NCBI GenBank assembly: GCA_963845565.1
Contig: CAWJSJ010000005.1
Location: 256,001 to 320,000 of the forward strand
Direction: 5' to 3'
From: an uncultured Methylomirabilota bacterium
GTDB lineage: Bacteria; Methylomirabilota; Methylomirabilia; Methylomirabilales; 2-02-FULL-66-22
DNA: 64,000 nt
Shown: positions 53,298 to 61,717 of the stretch, piece by piece
How positions within the stretch are numbered: the first letter of the stretch is position 1
Layout: each line of letters opens with the position of its first letter
Made by a program: the position numbers and the translations under genes
The notes under the pieces: model-generated
Told to the model about the DNA's origin: nothing
Databases searched by the model: none
Seen by the model: only the letters and a program-made list of their open reading frames with translations

Positions 53298-55736
53298 ATG
53301 GGAGACGACGCGTTCGATGTGGCGCCCGGACGGCATCCCGTATCGGCGCAGGCGGCGCTGACGATCCTCGGCGTCCGCGGGAATGACGCCACGCATCTGC
53401 TGCAGGCGCTGCCATTCTCGCGGGACGACGCCACGGCGGGAGTCGAGAACGAGCTCCAGGCGGTCGTGCTGGGGGGCACGGGGGATGTGGATTTGCCCTG
53501 CACTATCCGCGAGTCCAATTACTACGCCAACTGCGTCAAGCGGCGCGCGGCAGGCACCATCGGACGCCAGGGCATTCGCGGGTTGGAGCGCTACCTCGAC
53601 CAGAACCCGGACGGCGTGTGGGAGAACAGTTGGGTCCGATTTCCGGCGCGGGTCCTCAGTCCCACCGCGCGGGACACGCTGGATTTCGACCTGCTGGCCG
53701 ACAAGACCAATCCCGGCCAGGGGCAGCGGGACGATGCCGGTCGCTTCTTCTTCCACGCCGCGGGGGAAGAGTGGATTCGCGTTCCGATCAGTTACCTCCT
53801 CAAGCTGTCGCTGGCGGACGTCCTGGGCTCCGGCCCCGGTGTGTCCGCGACGATTCAGCAGGCCGGACGCGGGCTTCTCGATCACTTCTCCAACGACAAC
53901 ACCTCGCCGGAGATCCAGTCCTTTTTTGTCATTCCTCTCTCTGCCGCCGGCGGCATGGGGAAGGCGGTGGCGCGCGAGACGGCCAAGCGCTTCCTTCTGA
54001 CGCAGCTCCTGACGTCCTACGCGAATCTCAAATTCGAGTTGGCCGCCCGCGGCCAGCGGGCCTTGGTGTATTTCGCACCCCATCCGCCCGTCCGCCAGCG
54101 GGAGCTGAACGATTGCGTGGCCGACGCGTTCTACCGGGACCTCTTCATGAGTCCCTGCCTTTCCGGGTGGAGCTGCGGGGAAGCCAAGCAGCAATACATG
54201 CACATGTGCCACCGGGTCTTGAGCCGGAGCCAGCTCAACGCCGTGGCGAAGCTTCGCGAAGCCGGCATCATCGTGAATGACCTGATCGTGCTTCCGACCA
54301 CGTCCAACATCAGCCTGGCCAACAACGGGACGCACGTCAGTCTGGGCAGCACCATGCTCTCCCGCGCCCTGGGTGAGGCCGGGCGTGGTTTCACGCCCGC
54401 CCACGAGAAACTGCTCGGGGATCTGGCGATCAAAATGGTCGAGCACTTCCTTCCGCTCTTCGTCGGAACCTACACCGCCGATCCCTACCGCTTGGCGTTC
54501 TCGGACTTTCACCCGGAACGCGTCCTGGGATACCTCCCCCACGAGCTGGATTACACGCACCTTCGCATGCTCTGGCAGCGGTGGCGCAAGAAGGCCAAGC
54601 TGCGCGTCCTGGGTCGTCCGCTGACGCCGTTTGGCCCGCGATGGATTGACGACCTGTTGGCGCGCGTGTTCCGCCTCCGGGGCGACCTGGTTACGGATTT
54701 CCGGCTGCTGGACTATCTGGTGGCGCTGATGAGCACGGATCGGAGTCCGGGACTCGATGGCCGCCTCGGAAACTGGGACCGCCTGAAAAAGGATCTCGCC
54801 GACCTGGGGGTGTTTGACGGCCGGATGGCGATGTATGTCCCCTACCGGCTCCGGGAGCACGCCCGTGTGGGTTTCTCGGGGTTCGAAGGCCGTTACTACA
54901 GCCAGTTCGACGGTTTCGCGCAGGACCTGGGGCAGGCGGTCAATCTGCAACTGCTCGTGACCGCCCTGGCGTTCAAGTATATGGCGCAGGGACGGTTCGA
55001 CCACGCCGATATCCCCGACGATCCGACCCTGGAGAGCGAGCGCCGGCAACTCTTCTTTGCGACGGCGATCGGAGTGCCCAGCGTCTTCGTGCATGTGAAT
55101 ACGCGTAACCGGTTTCTCCGGGCGATCCTGGAGCGAGCCAAGGGGGTGCGGGCGAGCCGGCGCCACGCGGGGTACCTGCGGGTGCGGACGCGAGAGTATC
55201 AACGCGCCCTGCTGCGAATCCTTCGATCGGATGCGGCGGACCTCGCGGAGGCCTTGGGCCTGGAGTCCACGCTTGACGACCTGGCGCTCCGGCTGGAATA
55301 CCCCGAGGAACGCTCCGCTGCGGGCCGGTTGACCCGCGGCATTCTCGACAAGGCGGGCGCGGCCTCGGCCCTCGGCCTCGACGCGCGGGAGTTCAACCTC
55401 TGCGCCGAGTCGCACTACCGCGAGGATCTCCGTCGGCGACAGATGGCAGAAGCGCTGGAAGTGCTGGCGGAGGACCTCCGGATGCTTGACCGCCGGGCGG
55501 TCGCCGTCGGCCAGGCGGGGGGCCTGCGCGCGGCGGCCGGCGAGCGAGGCGGCGCCGCGTTTGTGGCCGGAGTTCGCGACGACATCCTGCGGGAGCGAGC
55601 GTCCCTGGAGGACGTGCAGCGCCTGGTCGCACTGCTGGTGCTCAGCGTTCACCATGACACGAAAGAGGCGGAGCGACATCTTCATGCGCCGACACCCGTG
55701 GCGGCCTCTGCGCCATCAATATATCGAGCGGCATAG
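53298..55736 (+). CDS. Large uncharacterised protein; putative glutamate-cysteine-ligase / GS-fold carboxylate-amine ligase
   Basis: Long ORF, GGAGG RBS; motifs TAGVENELQ, NNGTHVSLG, GFEGRYYS in the order of the ExE, H, E-x-R motifs; function inferred. Confidence 0.75.
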   Translation: MGDDAFDVAPGRHPVSAQAALTILGVRGNDATHLLQALPFSRDDATAGVENELQAVVLGGTGDVDLPCTIRESNYYANCVKRRAAGTIGRQGIRGLERYLDQNPDGVWENSWVRFPARVLSPTARDTLDFDLLADKTNPGQGQRDDAGRFFFHAAGEEWIRVPISYLLKLSLADVLGSGPGVSATIQQAGRGLLDHFSNDNTSPEIQSFFVIPLSAAGGMGKAVARETAKRFLLTQLLTSYANLKFELAARGQRALVYFAPHPPVRQRELNDCVADAFYRDLFMSPCLSGWSCGEAKQQYMHMCHRVLSRSQLNAVAKLREAGIIVNDLIVLPTTSNISLANNGTHVSLGSTMLSRALGEAGRGFTPAHEKLLGDLAIKMVEHFLPLFVGTYTADPYRLAFSDFHPERVLGYLPHELDYTHLRMLWQRWRKKAKLRVLGRPLTPFGPRWIDDLLARVFRLRGDLVTDFRLLDYLVALMSTDRSPGLDGRLGNWDRLKKDLADLGVFDGRMAMYVPYRLREHARVGFSGFEGRYYSQFDGFAQDLGQAVNLQLLVTALAFKYMAQGRFDHADIPDDPTLESERRQLFFATAIGVPSVFVHVNTRNRFLRAILERAKGVRASRRHAGYLRVRTREYQRALLRILRSDAADLAEALGLESTLDDLALRLEYPEERSAAGRLTRGILDKAGAASALGLDAREFNLCAESHYREDLRRRQMAEALEVLAEDLRMLDRRAVAVGQAGGLRAAAGERGGAAFVAGVRDDILRERASLEDVQRLVALLVLSVHHDTKEAERHLHAPTPVAASAPSIYRAA

Positions 55737-56715
55737 CGCCGCAGTCCGGACCGAGCGTCTGTACGGCGACCGGATCGTCTCCTTTCTCTACGCCGACCTC
55801 TGGGAGAAGGGACCGGCGCTCTATTCGCTGCTCACGGCGACCTGGACGTCGCGCCTGCTCGGTTTTCTCAACTACGATTCCCTGCTGGGGGCGAGGGCTG
55901 GAGGGACGGGGGAGTTTTTGAAGCGGAGCGGCGTGGACCTCGGCGAGTGTCTGGAAGCGCCCGACCGTCTCGATACGGCCCGCAAGCTGTTCGAGCGCCA
56001 GATCCGCTATTGGGACTGCCGCCCCATGCCGGACCAGCCCGACATCGCCGTCTGTCCCGCCGACGCCCGGGTCTTGGTAGGCTCGCTGAGCGAGGTGTCG
56101 AGCCTGTACCTCAAGGACAAGTTTTTCGACCTGGAGGAACTGCTGGGAAGAGACCGGCGGTCGTGGTGCCGGGTGTTCGAGGCGGGAGACTTCGCCATTC
56201 TGCGTCTGACGCCGGAGAAGTACCACTACACCCACGTGCCCGTGGCTGGACGCGTGGCGACCATCTACGAGATCCCGGGCCGGTACCATTCCTGCAACCC
56301 GGGCGCAGTGGTGGCGGTGGTCACCCCACACTCCAAGAACCGGCGCGTGGTGACGATCCTCGATACGGACGTGCCCGGCGGATCGGAGGTCGGGGCGGTG
56401 GCGATGATCGAGGTGGCGGCCCTGATGATCGGCGACATTGCGCAGTGCTACAGTGCCGAGCACTATCGGACGCCACAGTCGGCGGCACCCGGGATGTTCC
56501 TGCGGAAAGGGGCGCCCAAGAGCTTGTTCCGGCCGGGCGGCAGCACGGTGGTGCTGCTCTTCGAGCCTGGGCGCGTGGTCTTCGCCGAGGACATCGTCCG
56601 CAACATGTCGCGGGCGGGCGTCGAGAGCCGCTTCGCGGCCGGGTTCGGGCGACCGTTGGTGGAGACGGACGTGATGGTGCGCTCCCCGCTGGCCCGGGCC
56701 GCGCGCCGTCGGTAG
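55684..56715 (+). CDS. Phosphatidylserine decarboxylase family protein
   Basis: FERQI, CPADARV, RLTPEKYHYTH.PV.G, NRRVV, EVAALMIG, PGGSTVVLLF (pyruvoyl cleavage site). Confidence 0.88.
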   Translation: MRRHPWRPLRHQYIERHSAAVRTERLYGDRIVSFLYADLWEKGPALYSLLTATWTSRLLGFLNYDSLLGARAGGTGEFLKRSGVDLGECLEAPDRLDTARKLFERQIRYWDCRPMPDQPDIAVCPADARVLVGSLSEVSSLYLKDKFFDLEELLGRDRRSWCRVFEAGDFAILRLTPEKYHYTHVPVAGRVATIYEIPGRYHSCNPGAVVAVVTPHSKNRRVVTILDTDVPGGSEVGAVAMIEVAALMIGDIAQCYSAEHYRTPQSAAPGMFLRKGAPKSLFRPGGSTVVLLFEPGRVVFAEDIVRNMSRAGVESRFAAGFGRPLVETDVMVRSPLARAARRR

Positions 56716-56753
56716 GCCGGGAGACGCGGCGACGCACCGACAGGAGGCTCGTC

Positions 56754-57806
56754 ATGGTCAACGATCTGTTCCTCTTCGTGGTGGCGGCCCTTTCGATCTG
56801 GGTGTTGATCTGGGGGTTCCGCACCCTGCCGCAGGAGCAATGGCAGATTGCGGCGGCGATTCCCGTCGCGAAGACCGCGGCGGGGCAGTGGCAGGGGCTC
56901 AATCTGACCTACTACGGTTTGTTCCATGCCGGCGCCTACGCCGCGGGCGTCGCCATGATGCTGGTTCTGCTGGGGGCGGTGGGGGTCTCGCTCCCCGGTA
57001 TCATCACCATGGTCCTCCTGGTCTTGGGGTGCTGCATTCCTGCGTCGAAATTGGTGGCGCGTGTCGTCGAGCGAAAGGCGGCCACATTCACGGTCGGGGG
57101 GGCGGTGTTCGTCGGGATCCTGGTGTGCCCCTGGTTGCTCTTGGGAGCGAATCGCGCCCTCGGGCCGTTCCTGGGGTTCGAGATCCCCGTGACGGCCGGG
57201 CTGGCGGCGGCGTCCATCGGGTACGCCCTGGCGGAAGGTGTGGGTCGCCTGGCGTGCGTGAGCTTCGGCTGCTGCTACGGCAAGCCCGTGTCTCAGATCT
57301 CGCCTCGCCTCCGCCGACTCTTCGAGCGGTACAGCTTCGTCTTCACGGGACAGACCAAGAAGGTGGCCTACGAGGGAGGTTTGGAAGGTGAGAAGGTCGT
57401 CCCGGTCCAGGCGATCACGGCAGTGCTCTTCGTCACCACGGCGCTCATCGCTGCGGAGGTCTTCCTGCGTGGACACCACCGCACGGCCCTGGGCCTCTCC
57501 TTGGCGGTCACCCAAGGCTGGCGGGCGGTATCCGAAACGCTCCGGGCGGATCATCGTGGAGGCGGCAGGGTCAGCGCGTATCAGGTCATGGCAATCCTGG
57601 CCATCGTGTACCTATTCACGGCGCTGCCATTCATCCCTGCCGGGTCCGGGCTCGAGGCCGACATCCTGACGGGGCTTCGAGTGCTGTGGGATCCGTGGGT
57701 GATTCTCTTTCTGCAGGGTTTGTGCCTCGCCATCTTCCTGCGCACCGGCCGAAGCGTGGTGACCGGGGCGACGCTGTCCTTTCACGTCCGGCGGGACCGA
57801 ATCTAG
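56754..57806 (+). CDS. Lgt (prolipoprotein diacylglyceryl transferase)-like membrane protein
   Basis: Multi-TM; YYGL, TVGG, GRLACVSFGCCYGKP, VPVQ, RAVSETLRAD. Confidence 0.8.
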   Translation: MVNDLFLFVVAALSIWVLIWGFRTLPQEQWQIAAAIPVAKTAAGQWQGLNLTYYGLFHAGAYAAGVAMMLVLLGAVGVSLPGIITMVLLVLGCCIPASKLVARVVERKAATFTVGGAVFVGILVCPWLLLGANRALGPFLGFEIPVTAGLAAASIGYALAEGVGRLACVSFGCCYGKPVSQISPRLRRLFERYSFVFTGQTKKVAYEGGLEGEKVVPVQAITAVLFVTTALIAAEVFLRGHHRTALGLSLAVTQGWRAVSETLRADHRGGGRVSAYQVMAILAIVYLFTALPFIPAGSGLEADILTGLRVLWDPWVILFLQGLCLAIFLRTGRSVVTGATLSFHVRRDRI

Positions 57807-57827
57807 GTCAATGCATCCCCGTCCCGT

Positions 57828-58697
57828 GTGATGTCGTTGCCCATCTCACGCGAAACGCACCCTACGCGCTGGAGCGATCGCGCGCGGCGCGCCCGACGCG
57901 CCGGGATGCTGTTGGGCGCCCTCTTGTCAGGTTGCCTCGAAACCGACCTCGCGCACGCCGATCGGGGATCGCACATCCCCCCGGTCGCGGCGGTCGAAAC
58001 TGGAGAGTACCTGGCCCGCGACGACCGGACCGGGGTGGAACTCTGGCGACATGGCTGGACCATCGAGCGGCACATCCAGCCTGACGGTGCAACCCTCCGG
58101 GTTCACCAGGAAGGACGGGGCCGCCGAGGGCGCTCGGCGCCGACGGCATGGGTCGCCGAGACGCATGTGACGCTCCTCGGCGGTGGTTACCGGCTTTCGT
58201 CTTGGCGCGAGGTCCGCGACGCTCAGGGCGCGCTCGTCGAAACGGAGAAGCGGGATCTGGACTCGACCACGGGCGCCGGTCTGGTCGCCATCCGGGACGC
58301 TCGCTCCTGGCGCACTAGCGTTCGCCGCGTCCACGTGACGCGAGGCTCCGTCGATCTGGAAATGCTTCCGGTGGAATTACGTCTGCTCCCCGGCCGGGCG
58401 GACAAGCGGTTTCGATTCGAGTTGATCATGGCGGGGGGAGAGGTGGTCGGCATGGAGGCCACGATCGTGGGCCGCGAGGTGGTCGAGGCGCCCGCGGGGA
58501 CCTTCGAATGCTACCGCATCGAGCTCACGGCGACCGGGGCCTTGGGCCTCGTGGCAGGTCTCGTGCTTCCCAAGACGACACTGTGGCATACGGTGGCGCC
58601 TCCCCACGTCTGGGTGAAGCACCGGGGCCCCGAGGGAGGCGTGGGTTCTCGGGTGATCATCAGGGAACTGACGCGGTTCGAACGGCAAGCCGAATGA
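57828..58697 (+). CDS. Hypothetical exported beta-rich protein (DUF3108-like C-terminus); start uncertain
   Basis: RR..MLLGALLSGC N-terminus; VGREVVEAPAGTFECYRIE motif. Confidence 0.65.
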   Translation: MMSLPISRETHPTRWSDRARRARRAGMLLGALLSGCLETDLAHADRGSHIPPVAAVETGEYLARDDRTGVELWRHGWTIERHIQPDGATLRVHQEGRGRRGRSAPTAWVAETHVTLLGGGYRLSSWREVRDAQGALVETEKRDLDSTTGAGLVAIRDARSWRTSVRRVHVTRGSVDLEMLPVELRLLPGRADKRFRFELIMAGGEVVGMEATIVGREVVEAPAGTFECYRIELTATGALGLVAGLVLPKTTLWHTVAPPHVWVKHRGPEGGVGSRVIIRELTRFERQAE

Positions 58698-58714
58698 CCT
58701 CCGACCCGGTCATG

Positions 58715-58741
58715 GTCACGGAATCTTCACAGGTCCGTCAT
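58715..58741 (+). promoter_or_regulatory. Pho-box-like array upstream of ppx
   Basis: GTCAC/TTCAC/GTCAT at 58715/58726/58737; TAGCAT -10-like element at 58764. Confidence 0.7.
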
Positions 58742-58776
58742 CGTCTTCTCCCTGAGCCGCTGTTAGCATCCACGAC

Positions 58777-59763
58777 ATGACAAGATTGCTCGCTCTCATT
58801 GAGTTGGGATCCAACGCGACCCGCTTGCTGCTCGCGGAAGTGACGATGGGCGCCGGATACCGGGTGCTACAGCAGAAGCGGGTACAGACTCGCCTCGCCG
58901 GCGGCCCGGAGCGCGAACTTCCTCGTCGGGCGGTGCGCGACACCTTGGCGGCGGTGCGGGGCTTCGTCCGCTCGTTTCGCAGCGGGAACGGGGTCAGCAC
59001 GATCGCCGTCGCGACGGCAGCCGTGCGCGACGCCGAGAATCGGGCCACTCTCCTGAATCCCCTGATCCATAAGTACGGTCTCAACGTGGTGGTCCTCAGC
59101 CCGCACGACGAAGCATGCCTCGGGACGCTCGCCGTCCTCCACCATCTGCCGATGCGGGATGGGCTCGTGGCCGACCTGGGAGGCGGGAGCCTCCAGCTCA
59201 CCAGCGTCCGCGCGGGCAGAGTCGAGGACACCGCGAGTCTGCCTATCGGGGCAGTTCGGATGACCGAGCGCTTCCTCCGGGGTGATCCGCCAGCGGCAGC
59301 GGAAGTCAAGGCGCTGCGGTCGGAGGTCCGGGAACGGCTGCATCGGGCGATGCCATTCCTGGAGTGCCGCGGACGCCTGGTTGGCATCGGCGGCACCGTC
59401 CGGGCTTTGGCGAGTTTGCAGCTGGCCGCGCGGACCGACGAGGCGATGCGACATGGACTCCGCCTCAGTCAGGACGACATCGTCGCCGTGCGAGCGCGCG
59501 TGGAGGCGCTACCGTTGAGCCGTCGCCAATGCGTCCCGGGCCTCAGGCCAGAACGAGCCGACATCATCGTGGCCGGGGCCCTCGTCGTCGAGGAATTGGT
59601 CCGGGCGTCGGGATACCCGGAACTTACGGTGTGTACCTTCGGCGTGCGAGACGGTTACCTGATCCGTCGCACCTTTCCCGACTCCTGGCCGCTACATGGC
59701 CCGGCACCCGTGGTCGCCGAGGCAATGGCGGCCGCGGGTTCGGGCGCTCGACGGTGCGCCTAA
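58777..59763 (+). CDS. ppx: Ppx/GppA exopolyphosphatase (short form)
   Basis: IELGSNATRL, VATAAVRDAEN, DLGGGSLQ, GIGGTVR, RADII, GVRDG. Confidence 0.9.
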   Translation: MTRLLALIELGSNATRLLLAEVTMGAGYRVLQQKRVQTRLAGGPERELPRRAVRDTLAAVRGFVRSFRSGNGVSTIAVATAAVRDAENRATLLNPLIHKYGLNVVVLSPHDEACLGTLAVLHHLPMRDGLVADLGGGSLQLTSVRAGRVEDTASLPIGAVRMTERFLRGDPPAAAEVKALRSEVRERLHRAMPFLECRGRLVGIGGTVRALASLQLAARTDEAMRHGLRLSQDDIVAVRARVEALPLSRRQCVPGLRPERADIIVAGALVVEELVRASGYPELTVCTFGVRDGYLIRRTFPDSWPLHGPAPVVAEAMAAAGSGARRCA

Positions 59764-59941
59764 ATTCCACTCGGTCGGCGCCGAACGTGGGCGGCCGAGT
59801 GGCCTACCCACCGCGGGAATCTCCTCATAATCATAAGGGCTCTCGGCGGCAAGCTCCTTCCTGTCGGGCATGGCGCACGTTCCGTTGAAGACGGCGCCTT
59901 CTTGAATCACCAGCAGAAGCCGGCGCGAGCCCGCGCCGCGT

Positions 59942-60217
59942 TCATCCTGGCGGGTTCCGCCGAAACGAATGTTCCAAGTGCTTGCGCAGCGCAGCGATCA
60001 GCGCTTCGTCAGGAACCCTCCTCAGGATCATCTGTACGGTGAAGCCGCACACGCGGCAACGCTTGTACACGTATTCCCATCGCTCTCCGCGCTGTGCGTC
60101 GCCGATCTCTTCCATGGCAGAGAAGCAGCACGGTCCCGAATCCGCCGGGGAGACGATGTGCCAAGGGTAGAGGTTTTCCGGCAGCTTCTTGTTGGTGTAC
60201 TCGACGATGGTGGGCAT
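59942..60217 (-). CDS. Hypothetical 91-aa Cys-containing protein (CC...CxxC)
   Basis: Strong AGGAGG RBS; PCCF...KRCRVCGFTV. Confidence 0.7.
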   Translation of the reverse strand: MPTIVEYTNKKLPENLYPWHIVSPADSGPCCFSAMEEIGDAQRGERWEYVYKRCRVCGFTVQMILRRVPDEALIAALRKHLEHSFRRNPPG

Positions 60218-60373
60218 GGCGTCCTGCCTCCTTGTTGCTTTCGCGGGAAGTGCGTCCGCCGGGGGCGAAGCATGGGTGGAGCGTGAAGGTTGACGCTGTA
60301 CCGCGCCTCAGGCGCCATCCGGTCGTCGCGTACCCGGTCGTGGTATACCGCAACTCCAACCCTTCTTTCAGGG

Positions 60374-60790
60374 TCAAGAAAGCGGGGCGAAGGTCTGGGC
60401 TCCGAGCGGGCTGTCGCATTCGCCACGCACTAACCCCGTGATGATGAGGTCCGCGGTTGCGAGGTTGGTGGCCAGAGGCACGTTGTGCACGTTGCAGACG
60501 CGCATCAGCGCCTGGATGTCGGGATCGTGGGGTTGGGCGGTCAGCGGGTCCACAAAGAAGAAGACCGCGTCGATTTCGTTCGAGCCGACGCGGGCGGCGA
60601 TCTGGACGTCACCGCCCTGCGGGCCGCTGAGCACGGTTTCGACCTCGATTCCCACCTTCTCCTTCAGAAATCGCCCGGTGGTCGCCGTGGCGACGAGGTG
60701 GAAGCGTCGGAGTGTCTCGCGGTTGTACGTCGCCCAGGCGAGCAGGTCCACCTTCTTATGGTCGTGCGACACCAGCGCAAGTGCTTTCAT
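60374..60790 (-). CDS. mgsA: Methylglyoxal synthase
   Basis: ALVSHDHKK, ATATTG, SGPQGGD.QI, DPLTAQPHDPD, PLATN. Confidence 0.95.
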   Translation of the reverse strand: MKALALVSHDHKKVDLLAWATYNRETLRRFHLVATATTGRFLKEKVGIEVETVLSGPQGGDVQIAARVGSNEIDAVFFFVDPLTAQPHDPDIQALMRVCNVHNVPLATNLATADLIITGLVRGECDSPLGAQTFAPLS

Positions 60791-61049
60791 GGCAGTCCTC
60801 CTTCGTGAGAAGGGTGCAATGGGGCAGGACTGTCGGGGAAACATCGATCCGGTCGAACGCCCCCTGGCACCCCTCGAAAGATCGAGCAGGGCCCGCGAGC
60901 ACCAGCTTCGCTTCGCTTCGCAACAAGGGTATGACGGAGGAATGAATTTTCCGACCGAGGACCATCACCGCGGGGGGCAAGAAGCCTGCCACGCGATGCC
61001 GGGGAATCCGCGGCAGGCGTTCAGCGCCCGTTCGTTGGATGCCGTCGCC

Positions 61050-61709
61050 TCACCAGATGGACCCGCTGTAGAGATACCGGCCGAGGCCGACCGTGAAGAG
61101 AAAGTTGCCCCACAGCCCATGCTCCAGACTTACGGCGAAGACCGAGCCGGTGCGGTGATAGCGGTACGCGAAGAGCCAACCACCGAGCGTGGACAGGGCC
61201 ATCGCCGTCCAGTTCCCACAGACGGCATGCGCCAGGCCAAAGCTGAGTCCGTTGCATGCGATCAGGATGACGGGATTCGAAAACAGTGAGCCATACCGTG
61301 CGAAGAAGAGGGCGCGGAAAATCACCTCCTGGGGGAGAGCCGACAGTAACGGGTAGAGCAACATCACCACCGCCCAGGTCCCGGGCGTACGGCGTGGGAA
61401 GGCAAGGAAGCGGATCGGGAGGAATACCACCGCGGCGCTCGCAATAAGGGTGCCCGCCAGGACGAAGACCGTCAGGATGCCGGGCAGGTAGGTGCGCAGG
61501 CCGGCCGGGCACCACAGAGACCGAAGGTCCATGGCCCTCGTCCGCACCAGATGGAAGACGCAAACCGCCCCCAGGACAAGGAGGATGGGGACCACACGAA
61601 ACGCGAGTTGGTGTCGGAAAAAGTAGAGGGACGGCGGGAGGGCAAAGAACAACACCGCGCATTCCAGCAGGCGGAGGACCTGTCTACGCGACCTGTCGGC
61701 ATCGAGCAT
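61050..61709 (-). CDS. CPBP (CAAX/Abi) family intramembrane metalloprotease
   Basis: PQEVIFR, FGLAH, EHGLWGN; multi-TM. Confidence 0.85.
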   Translation of the reverse strand: MLDADRSRRQVLRLLECAVLFFALPPSLYFFRHQLAFRVVPILLVLGAVCVFHLVRTRAMDLRSLWCPAGLRTYLPGILTVFVLAGTLIASAAVVFLPIRFLAFPRRTPGTWAVVMLLYPLLSALPQEVIFRALFFARYGSLFSNPVILIACNGLSFGLAHAVCGNWTAMALSTLGGWLFAYRYHRTGSVFAVSLEHGLWGNFLFTVGLGRYLYSGSIW

Positions 61710-61717
61710 CCTGGTCG

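Noticed and set aside
53229..55685. 818-aa antisense ORF, and other long shadow ORFs (8106-9881, 47681-49264, 61823-63490)
   Set aside because: Antisense shadows of real high-GC genes; no motifs or RBS.
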